From: Candidatus Oxydemutatoraceae bacterium
GTDB lineage: Bacteria > Pseudomonadota > Gammaproteobacteria > Poriferisulfidales > Oxydemutatoraceae
NCBI GenBank assembly: GCA_965219575.1
Contig: OZ244779.1
Coordinates: 2,060,769-2,124,768, forward strand
Direction: 5' to 3'
DNA: 64,000 nt
A program made the translations under genes and the position numbers. Shown piece after piece: positions 8,748-16,960 of the stretch (positions are counted from its first letter, which is position 1; each line of letters begins with the position of its first letter). A model generated the notes under the pieces. It searched no databases. It saw only the letters and a program-made list of their open reading frames with translations, and was not told the DNA's origin.

Positions 8748-10136
8748 ATGAAACTTAAGAGTAACAAACTGTTAATTTCTCTCGTCGGTCTTGTGATGGC
8801 AGTAGTACCTTTTACTAATGCTTCCGCTGCGGGTCATGGCGAGACTTTTAACATATATGGTTGGCAAAACTGGTCGTATGAGTTCGTTGACAACGATACT
8901 CGCGATTATGACCGCTTGAGCAATAATGCTGCGAATATCGGATTCATGGCGCATATGGATACTGGTATTGAAGGCTTGCAAGTCGGTTTTCGTTGCGAAC
9001 AATTTACCTATTGGGGGCGCTTTAACGAATTCACCAACTGGTGTAACCGTAACTCCAAACTCAGCCTTCGCCATGAAACGATGGGTGAGATTATGGTCGG
9101 TCAATGGTTGCTTCCGTATAACGAGATCGTTGCCCAGTGGGTAGATCCCTTCTACGATGCCGGTGCCGATTCGCACACCAGCATTATGGGTAATATCGGT
9201 GGTAGCACACCGCGTTCCGGTGGTTGGCTGAGTTCATTGTTCTACAACGGTAGCTTTGACAATGCAGCTGATTTTACTTCAGCTTTTGGCACCTTAGCGT
9301 TTAACCGTCGTCAAGAAGGTATAGTCCAATATGTATGGCCTAATACTACGGCGATGGCAAGTCAAACTCGAGACGGTTTCCAGTTCCGCTTTGCAATCAC
9401 CTCCGGAGACGGGATTGAAGCTGCCGGTGTTGATACTCGGCGGACCCTCACTGGTAGAGAGATTGATCCCCGTATTATGTCCACCGGTGTTGCTTATCAA
9501 CACAATATGGGTAACAACCAAATTTGGGTTGCTGCCGCTTACGAGCAACACGAAGATGTCAGTGCGGCCAATCTTGGTGCTGGTACTGGCAGTAATGATA
9601 TCTATTGTGATGACTCGGACGACGAAGGCTATCGCCTAGCCGGTCGCTATAAATACGATTGGGGTAACGGTCAATCCACTTGGATCGCAGCGATGTATGA
9701 AGAACTGGAGTACGACGCAAGTTGCGACATGGTAACAATGCGTGATGCCGATGAAAATCCTACTGCAATTGGTAATTTTAATAATACTAATGCTCCCATT
9801 TGGTCCGGTGTTGAACGCGACGCATTTATGATTTCCGGCAAGCATGCCTTCGGCAACGGCATAGACTTCCGCTTCTCGTACATGGATGCAGACGAGTGGG
9901 ATTGTGATTCAGATGTTTGTACGGCAGCAGCCGAGCGAGACACCGATGCAGACGCAATGAATTTCGGTGTGTTCTACACGTTGCCGGCAGGTACCGAGCT
10001 GCGTGCCACCTATTCCGAGGTCAGCAACGAAGACAATGCTGGTTATGACTTCGGCATAAATGGTACCGTTCCTGCCACTACAGGCGGCCAAGACATAGAA
10101 ATGTTCGCCGTCGGTATAGTCCACTACTTCGACTAA
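8748..10136 (+). CDS. Outer-membrane porin paralogue 3, the currently expressed copy
   Basis: Full signal peptide MKLKSNKLLISLVGLVMAVVPFTNASA, strong RBS, C-terminal FAVGIVHYFD. Confidence 0.9.
   Translation: MKLKSNKLLISLVGLVMAVVPFTNASAAGHGETFNIYGWQNWSYEFVDNDTRDYDRLSNNAANIGFMAHMDTGIEGLQVGFRCEQFTYWGRFNEFTNWCNRNSKLSLRHETMGEIMVGQWLLPYNEIVAQWVDPFYDAGADSHTSIMGNIGGSTPRSGGWLSSLFYNGSFDNAADFTSAFGTLAFNRRQEGIVQYVWPNTTAMASQTRDGFQFRFAITSGDGIEAAGVDTRRTLTGREIDPRIMSTGVAYQHNMGNNQIWVAAAYEQHEDVSAANLGAGTGSNDIYCDDSDDEGYRLAGRYKYDWGNGQSTWIAAMYEELEYDASCDMVTMRDADENPTAIGNFNNTNAPIWSGVERDAFMISGKHAFGNGIDFRFSYMDADEWDCDSDVCTAAAERDTDADAMNFGVFYTLPAGTELRATYSEVSNEDNAGYDFGINGTVPATTGGQDIEMFAVGIVHYFD
8754..8770 (+). other. Putative recombination site C (expression site)
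   Basis: The 17-mer directly follows ATGAAA. Confidence 0.7.
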
Positions 10137-10201
10137 AATACCGTAAAAAGATTTCACGGATGAAATTTGATTGGATGACCCAGTGCTAGGGATAGCACGA
10201 G

Positions 10202-10229
10202 ACCGCCGCTTCCGGGCGGCGGTTTTTTT
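10202..10229 (+). terminator. Rho-independent terminator of porin 3
   Basis: ACCGCCGC-TTCCGG-GCGGCGGT followed by a T-run. Confidence 0.85.
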
Positions 10230-10534
10230 ATCTAGTGCATTAATAGCGGGGCTTTTGAAAAATTATTTCATAAAGTTGTAGGGACGGACTTCATTAAACT
10301 ACCGATTGACCTACCGGCTCAATCGTCGGCTTTATTCTGCCCTTACGGCTTGGTGGTTATTATAAATTCACTGCGCAAGCGGTTGCAGTTGTGCAAAAAC
10401 AGTAGGTACTTGGGGTTGTTGAAAAAGTATTTCATACAATGTAGGGACGGACTTGCATGATGCCTTATTAAAAATCAAGTCGTTTTATTCATTTTTTATC
10501 TCCTTTTGCAAGTATTGATTTAGGACACAGATGC

Positions 10535-11509
10535 TCAACAATAATTCGTGTCAAACGGTTGCTTGTGCGTGGTGACCCCGTAAATAATACGCGTGAGCTT
10601 ATGCGCGCAAGCAACAATAATCTGCTTTTTAGTTAACTCCGGACGGCGGCGACTTAATTGGTCGGCAAATGCACGGATGGTTGGGTTATGAACCCGTGCC
10701 GAGAGTGCTGCCATAAATAGCAGGGTGCGCAGGTCGGCATTGCCCTGTTTAGAGATGGGCGTGGGCGATGCGCAGTTGCCGGATTGCTTGTGCTTGGGCG
10801 TAATGCCGATATAGGCGGCGAGTTGCTTTGGATGGCGAAACGTATTATCATCCAGTACTGCACACAGGGCAGCCGCAGTTTGAGTTCCGATTCCAGGAAT
10901 GGAACACAGCAACTGGTGAAGCTGTGTGAGGTGCTCGTCTTGAGCGATAATTTTGTCCATTGAGACATTAATCTTATCGATCTGCTTGTCATGGTTCTTC
11001 AGGCTAGTGGCTGCCACCTTTTTTTGCTTCGCATCGCGCAGAGTTTTAGCGCAATTGCTTAACATCGTATGACACTTGACTAATTCCCTACGCCATTTCA
11101 GTGCGTCGCGCAAGGCTTGCACAGCCGATGAGGGCTTTTGCCAATCGTTTTCAGGCGGGATAGCAAATACGAAGCGTGCGATGATACGCGCATCCACTCG
11201 ATCGGTTTTACTGCGTATGCCGAGCGAGTCGCGGAATCTAGAGATCAGCACCGGTGCTGCAACGGTGATTGGATGCCCGGTATCATAGCCGGCCATGCAC
11301 AGGTCTAGTTCAAGACCGCCGGTCGCCTCAACACAGATGCGACACTGCTGTGCGCGGTGTTTGGTAGCCCAAGCTAACAACTGCTTAATGCCTTGGGCAT
11401 CACTACTAAATTGTTGTTCGGCAAAACTATTATCGGTGAATAGTATAGCCGCCTCTAAAGTGTCTTTAGAGACATCAACGCCAATCGTGACGGGTTGTTT
11501 GTTTTCCAT
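10535..11509 (-). CDS. IS110-family DEDD transposase/bridge recombinase
   Basis: IGVDVSK, VEATG, KTDRVDA, SIPGIG and the QSG catalytic Ser region. Confidence 0.93.
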   Translation of the reverse strand: MENKQPVTIGVDVSKDTLEAAILFTDNSFAEQQFSSDAQGIKQLLAWATKHRAQQCRICVEATGGLELDLCMAGYDTGHPITVAAPVLISRFRDSLGIRSKTDRVDARIIARFVFAIPPENDWQKPSSAVQALRDALKWRRELVKCHTMLSNCAKTLRDAKQKKVAATSLKNHDKQIDKINVSMDKIIAQDEHLTQLHQLLCSIPGIGTQTAAALCAVLDDNTFRHPKQLAAYIGITPKHKQSGNCASPTPISKQGNADLRTLLFMAALSARVHNPTIRAFADQLSRRRPELTKKQIIVACAHKLTRIIYGVTTHKQPFDTNYC

Positions 11510-11569
11510 AATAAATTACTCCATAAGGGTTGGTTAATGAATGAAATACTAGGTATCAAGCACAGTTTA

Positions 11570-11770
11570 GGAAAGTATGACTACGCCGCCCAAACAGATG
11601 AATACGAGATCTAAAGTCCCAAGCTGCCTTTCGAGCTCTATAGTCATAACGCCGGAGGAGTGCTTCTCATGCAAACAGGCTTTTAATGCCTCGTCCGTCC
11701 TACAGCGTGTCTCCTCCGACTTCCTAGGCACTGCATCTACCTAAGCGTTTATCTTATATCAAATAAGCCA
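11570..11770 (-). ncRNA. Putative IS110 bridge RNA
   Basis: A 5' stem-loop plus two large stem-loops (11651-11720, 11576-11648) whose internal loops match the target and donor junction sequences. Ends are approximate. Confidence 0.7.
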
Positions 11771-12877
11771 GGGTTTAATATATCTGTCCGCCCGTAGCGC
11801 GTTGGGCGGCACGATTTATACATTCATTCACCCGATTTATGGAAACCAAAACCATCCGGCGAAAGCGGTTGCGTTCATACAGAACGGCACTTTTTCAATA
11901 GCCCCGTGTATCTGCACAACATCTTACCGTTTATCTAATATCTGCTACCGTTCATCGAAATGTTTCCCCACACCCTAAATATTGGCTCACTCTATGAGTT
12001 TTAACCAAAACTTATAGGAGGTTTCATGAACAAAGAACAGAAAAAATATTTACCACTGACCAAAGACCGCGTCTTCAAACGATATTTCTCAACTAATAAA
12101 CAGGTACTGCTCTCGCTGATCAAGAGCTTTCTGCCGATCTCCGATAGTGCCTCGGATATGGTGATACTGAACCCCGACAAAGACAACACAGAGTCCGAGT
12201 CTGCAATGCAACCACAGAGTCAATCGGACGATCAGTTGCATCTGGAAGATAGTGTCATCCCACCGAACACGCCGGACGGCAAGCAAGTCGTACTAGACCT
12301 CAATGTCAAATTGAATAGTGGCGAGAATGTTAGCATAGAAATGCAGGTCTATCGTGAGAAACACTTTCTGGGTAGAATGTTGCTCTATTGGGCACAGTTG
12401 CATATGCATGTCGTAAATCGTGGACAAAAGTATAGCAAGATTAGTCCGACCTACTTGCTGGCATTCACCGATTTCACGGTATTTGGCGACACGGACGAAC
12501 ATATAGATCAACTAGAAATCAAATCGATTAAGCATCTGAATAAGAAACTCAAGATGGATTTAACGATAATGATAGTGGAACTAAACAAATTTAATAAGAG
12601 CCACTTAGAGCTAGTTGATATGGCCGATAGGTGGTGCTATATTATGAAACACGCAAAGGACTTGACACCCGAGCAGGTAGCGCATTTATCACAAGACGGA
12701 GAGATAAAGATGGCATTAGAGCATTTAGAGAAGGTATCGGAAGAGGAGATAGAACTGTGGGATTCTATAGCCCACGACAGATACAAGCTGGAATACAACT
12801 TGGAAAGGGAAGGACTGATAGAGGAAGGCATTGAACTGACGTTACCCCATTTTTATTACCATATACAAAGTTAGTTT

Positions 12878-13702
12878 TCATGCTATAGCCTCCGCAAATA
12901 CACTTGGGGGTTGATAACCCAATGCGCTGTGCGGACGCACTTCATTATAATCTATTCGCCAGGCTTCTATAATCTCTCTCGCCTCTTTTATTGAACGAAA
13001 CCAGAACTGGTTCAGACAACCGTCTCGGAACTTGCCGTTGAAACTTTCTACAAAGGCATTCTGGGTCGGTTTGCCGGGTTGGATAAAGTCCAATTCCACC
13101 TGCTGATCTCGGCTCCAGTGAAACATCGCCTTGCATCTAAACTCGGTGCCATTGTCGCAGACGATGCGTGCCGGCTTCACACCGAGCCATTCTATCAATT
13201 CGGATAGATAGTTTGCTACGCGTTGACCGGTGATCGAAACATCAACAATCTGTCCGACACATTCACGGCTGAAGTTATCTACTATGTTCAATACCCGAAA
13301 GCATCTGCCGTCGCTAAACTGGTCATGCACAAAGTCCATTGACCAGCACTCATTCACCGTTGCCGGTGTTTTCGGCACGCCACGCGGATGACACAGCTTC
13401 TTGCGCTTCTTGGTTCTCAATTCGAGCCTGAGCTTCTTATAAAGCCTATAGGTACGCTTCACATTGACGACCCGGCCTTCGCTCTTCAAAAGCGCATGCA
13501 ACATCTTATAGCCATAATGTGGATATTGCTTTGCCTTCTCCAATAACGCAACTTCCAGTTGACGATCTTTATCGGCTTGGTTGCCCTGATAGCGATATGC
13601 AGTGCGACTAATACTGGCAAGGGCACACGCAGTGCGTTCACTATGCCGACCCGCGCTCACTAGATCTTTGACAATCTGCTTGCGTTGCGCCGGCTTTACC
13701 AC
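12878..13702 (-). CDS. IS3 transposase OrfB (DDE integrase core)
   Basis: WSMDF, CDNGTEF and PGKPTQNAFVESFNG motifs. An AAAAAAG frameshift site lies at the orfA/orfB overlap. Confidence 0.92.
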   Translation of the reverse strand: MVKPAQRKQIVKDLVSAGRHSERTACALASISRTAYRYQGNQADKDRQLEVALLEKAKQYPHYGYKMLHALLKSEGRVVNVKRTYRLYKKLRLELRTKKRKKLCHPRGVPKTPATVNECWSMDFVHDQFSDGRCFRVLNIVDNFSRECVGQIVDVSITGQRVANYLSELIEWLGVKPARIVCDNGTEFRCKAMFHWSRDQQVELDFIQPGKPTQNAFVESFNGKFRDGCLNQFWFRSIKEAREIIEAWRIDYNEVRPHSALGYQPPSVFAEAIA

Positions 13703-13962
13703 TTTTTTGATAATACCTCCTTAAGTGTTTCACACTGCATCACCGATTCAGCCAATAGCTTCTTGAGCTTGCTATTATCGGCTTCAAGCTCTCGCAGGCG
13801 TTTAGCTTCTGCCACTTCCATGCCATTATACTTGCTGCGCCAGCGATAAAATGTCTGTTCGGCGATGCCTAGATCACGACAGATATCGATTACTTTCATG
13901 CCGGCTTGATTTGACTTTAATGCCTTAATGATTTGTTCTTCACTAAAACGTTTTCTCTTCAT
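13696..13962 (-). CDS. IS3 transposase OrfA (HTH)
   Basis: MKRKRFSEEQII...TFYRWRSKY...LRELEADNSKLKKL. Confidence 0.92.
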   Translation of the reverse strand: MKRKRFSEEQIIKALKSNQAGMKVIDICRDLGIAEQTFYRWRSKYNGMEVAEAKRLRELEADNSKLKKLLAESVMQCETLKEVLSKKW

Positions 13963-14294
13963 GTTAAGTTCTCCTGTAATGTTTTTAACTTCTCTAGTTT
14001 ATCGGAAAAACTAACTTTAAGCATTAGTACTAAATTTTGGGAGAACGTCAGAACAAGGCATTGAACAGGGTGAGGTTAAAAAAGCCCGAAATATCGCCTT
14101 GAATATGTTGCAGAAGGGTCTGGAGGTTTCGTTGGTTTCCGAAGTGACGGGTTTATCCGCTGAGGAGATTAAACGGCTCGGATAACACTGCGACTTTGTG
14201 GTTATCATAACTATGTGGCGCAAAGCGATTGAATTCGTGCGCAACGGTACTTTTTCAACAGCCCCACTTGACTAGTTTAGGGACAAAATCCCAC

Positions 14295-14969
14295 TCAAAT
14301 ATCCCTTACCATCTTCATTAGCATATCATACTTTTGGGAGGCTGAAAGGTGTCTGTGATTGAATCGCCACTCGCATTCTTTTAGATGAAGGTGGAAATGT
14401 TCTCTAGACACTCCGCAGAACTTTGTTAATCTCCTTTTTGCCCATCCCCAGAAGTTTTCAATGCCATTGATATGTCTAGTACCACTACCCAGTGTCTTTG
14501 AATGATTGATGCGGTAGTATTTGTATCCATTCAACACCAACCCGTCATAAGCTCTCCATTTGTCAGTGTATATAGTACTCTGATGTCCCACCAAACGCTT
14601 GATAATAGGTCGTATCTCGCTCTTTGAAGCATTTCGTATCACCTGCATATAGACCTTCCCATCTCTTTTCAATATGCCGAATACCGGTACTTTGTTCGGT
14701 GCACCTCTACCTCTTTTGTCTCCTTTTTTGCGACCACCGAAGTAGGACTCATCCAACTCTACTTCGCCGGAGAATACGCTCGTCTTCTCGCAGTGTTGTG
14801 CAATTCTTTCTCGGATTATATTGACATATCTATTCACTGTATTTCTATTGACCCCGGCTGCTTGTGCGATTTGGGTTGCACTCAAATCAAGGGCAAAATA
14901 CCTCACAATTTGCCTTATTTTCCTGTTTGAAATATGTGCCCTTCTAAAATGCCTGTTAGGTGTTGTCAT
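14295..14969 (-). CDS. IS1595-family transposase
   Basis: GEVELDESYFGG, VFGIL, IYTDKWRAY, NHS and HINGIENFW motifs. Confidence 0.92.
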   Translation of the reverse strand: MTTPNRHFRRAHISNRKIRQIVRYFALDLSATQIAQAAGVNRNTVNRYVNIIRERIAQHCEKTSVFSGEVELDESYFGGRKKGDKRGRGAPNKVPVFGILKRDGKVYMQVIRNASKSEIRPIIKRLVGHQSTIYTDKWRAYDGLVLNGYKYYRINHSKTLGSGTRHINGIENFWGWAKRRLTKFCGVSREHFHLHLKECEWRFNHRHLSASQKYDMLMKMVRDI

Positions 14970-15113
14970 TGCTAGTTATTTTATCAAATCGTACCCCCTA
15001 AACTAGTCAAGTACCAAACAGTATTTTTCAACAGCCCTATAGCGCACGCATCGCAAAATGCAGAATCGAGGTTTCGGAAAAGTATTCCATACCAACCCTT
15101 AAGCACATATTCG

Positions 15114-15938
15114 CTAGCGTGTTCCCAACCGCCAGAAAGCGAGGACGATGCGCCACACCGGATGATAATCATTTCCTAAATAGATGCCGAGCAAATCGTA
15201 AGGCGAAGCACCGTCTATATGTAATTTGCGTAGATCTCTTAAATCAAAAAATCGTTTAAGAAAAGTGCTTTTCCCCGATCTGGATAAAGTGCCCCTATCG
15301 TAATCTATAAAATAAACTTTTGCTTGTGACAAGTCTGTATTCGGAATGGATATCAATATATTATGTGCAGCCATATCACCGTGTCTGATACCCGAGTCAT
15401 GGAGGCACTTAACGGCATCTATAATCTTTGCCTTCAACAAATCCCTTTGCCGTTGCCACTTATCCTCACCCTCTTTTCTCAATTTCTCGGAAATTTCAAG
15501 AAACGACACACTATCATCAATGTAGCGATATAAAAAATAACTTTTAGCTTGAGTGAAGGATTCGCGTTTGCGCCAATAAGCCAATGGTTTAGGGGCGGCT
15601 AGTCCTTGTTGATAAGCGTGTCGGCAACATTGGAACGCTCTGTAGTTGGCATCCCGTCGGCGATAGTATCTCAGTAATGCTCGTAGGCGGCGTATCCAGC
15701 TGTATTGTTTGTGTACATGCGTCACTTTCATAACGACTCGATAATCTACTGCCGGTGGTATAAATTCATACAGACGGTTATGCGGGCGATTTCTAGAACC
15801 GGACAATATATACCCGGGTGTTTCGTATTGCTCGAAACAGCCGTCGGCAATCCATTTCTCTAATACCTTTAATTGCGACGGCAAAACATTAGATGACGCT
15901 ATCAAGTGGTTCTTTGATGTCTTATTGTTGTATGGCAT
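15114..15938 (-). CDS. LPS/Kdo kinase-like protein (InaA/WaaP-type)
   Basis: LAAPKPLAY, HGDMAAHNIL and YFIDYD kinase-like motifs. Confidence 0.75.
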   Translation of the reverse strand: MPYNNKTSKNHLIASSNVLPSQLKVLEKWIADGCFEQYETPGYILSGSRNRPHNRLYEFIPPAVDYRVVMKVTHVHKQYSWIRRLRALLRYYRRRDANYRAFQCCRHAYQQGLAAPKPLAYWRKRESFTQAKSYFLYRYIDDSVSFLEISEKLRKEGEDKWQRQRDLLKAKIIDAVKCLHDSGIRHGDMAAHNILISIPNTDLSQAKVYFIDYDRGTLSRSGKSTFLKRFFDLRDLRKLHIDGASPYDLLGIYLGNDYHPVWRIVLAFWRLGTR

Positions 15939-16011
15939 ATCGTACGCACCAAGATAATGTGTAACTCGGCATTAGCTCATTGTATAATAAAACAAAGAAA
16001 AAAGGCCCTCT

Positions 16012-16950
16012 ATGCATCTATACGTTTATAAAAGCAAATTCAGTGCAATCTTTCGAAAAGCCGTCCGAGCGTTGTTCCGCTTATATATCGGCATATCGAA
16101 TAAACAGCATATCGTTGCAAGCATAGAACGCCCGTCGCTGGCAAATTATCTCTACGGAATAATCGGAACAGCCTGGTTATGCGAAAAAATGAACATCACC
16201 GTTGAATTCGTGTTTCCTAAAGAGAAGCCATCATTTTTTGCAAACTCCATTTTGTATCAAAGCGATCCGAATAAGACACACCCTAATAAAAGTTTTTCGC
16301 TAAATAGTTCCGACGATTATCTAGCGAGTATCGCACGAAAAGCCGCTAGAAAAGATCTGCCTGCCGAATACGGATACAGAATTATTTCCCGACTATCCGT
16401 CAGCCGAGATATACAAAGCCAAGCCGATATGTGGTTCAACACGCACATTAAAGGCGACTGGGTTGCAGTGCACTACCGCGGCACCGACACCCATACACAT
16501 CCTAGATCCGCAAAAAGAAAAATGTCCATAAATATATATATTGCCTGGTTAAAAGAAGTTTTGGATAATCAATGCGGTATTTTCGTTTGCTCGGATCAAG
16601 CGCAATTTATCGACGAGATGCAACGAGAATTTCCCAATCGTGCTTGTTTTAGAGAAATCGAACGTTCCGCCGACGAAAAACCGATACATCGGTCGGATAA
16701 TAACCAATATAGCGATAAAGATCTATATCGGCAAAAGCGCAATGCCTTGATAGATGCTCTGATATTAGCCAAAGCCGGGCTTATTTATACTACAGGGTCG
16801 GGGTTTATAGATGTGGTAAAAAATTTTAACCCCAAAATAAAAATAGTCTCCTTGGACCGAAGAGGCGAAAGGCGAATTACCTCAAATTATCTTGCTATAC
16901 CCGAAGAATCGTTATTGCGGTCTTTGCAAGAAAATCACCGCCTGTCTTAA
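16012..16950 (+). CDS. NodZ-like fucosyltransferase
   Basis: VAVHYRGTD, IFVCSDQ and ALIDALILAK motifs typical of GDP-fucose-binding inverting fucosyltransferases. Confidence 0.7.
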   Translation: MHLYVYKSKFSAIFRKAVRALFRLYIGISNKQHIVASIERPSLANYLYGIIGTAWLCEKMNITVEFVFPKEKPSFFANSILYQSDPNKTHPNKSFSLNSSDDYLASIARKAARKDLPAEYGYRIISRLSVSRDIQSQADMWFNTHIKGDWVAVHYRGTDTHTHPRSAKRKMSINIYIAWLKEVLDNQCGIFVCSDQAQFIDEMQREFPNRACFREIERSADEKPIHRSDNNQYSDKDLYRQKRNALIDALILAKAGLIYTTGSGFIDVVKNFNPKIKIVSLDRRGERRITSNYLAIPEESLLRSLQENHRLS

Positions 16951-16960
16951 AATAGGTGCA

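Larger units (their letters stand above)
10460..11784 (-). mobile_element. IS110-family element inserted in a GTAG REP palindrome
   Basis: Joining the flanks restores GTAGGGACGGACTTGCATGTCCGCCC (compare the intact REP at 34711-34736). Core dinucleotide TG occurs at both junctions. Confidence 0.85.
12837..14050 (-). mobile_element. IS3-family (IS407-like) insertion sequence
   Basis: TGACGTTACCCC... and ...GGGAGAACGTCA imperfect IRs. 4-bp TSD GAAC. Confidence 0.92.
12026..14185 (+). pseudogene. Rpn-family PD-(D/E)XK nuclease/putative transposase, interrupted by IS3
   Basis: LTKDRVFKRYF, LDLNVKL and IEMQV motifs. Removing the IS3 restores EGIEQGIEQGEVKKARNIALNMLQKGLEVSLVSEVTGLSAEEIKRLG* with the stop at 14185. 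Confidence 0.85.
10412..14265. mobile_element. MITE-ended composite transposon carrying an rpn gene
   Basis: GGGGTTGTTGAAAAAG at 10412, TTTTTCAACAGCCCC ending at 14265, and an internal right end at 11905. 4-bp TSD ACTT at 10408-10411 and 14266-14269. Confidence 0.75.
10405..15015 (-). mobile_element. IS1595-family element whose left IR is interrupted by a composite element
   Basis: IR GGTACTT/GACTAGTTTAGGG (split between 10405 and 14270) pairs with CCCTAAACTAGTCAAGTACC ending at 15015. 8-bp TSD AAACAGTA at 10397-10404 and 15016-15023. Confidence 0.85.
10248..15038. mobile_element. Outer MITE copy split by nested insertions
   Basis: GGGGCTTTTGAAAAA at 10248 and TTTTTCAACAGCCCT ending at 15038. 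ATAGC is repeated on both flanks (10243-10247, 15039-15043). Confidence 0.7.
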
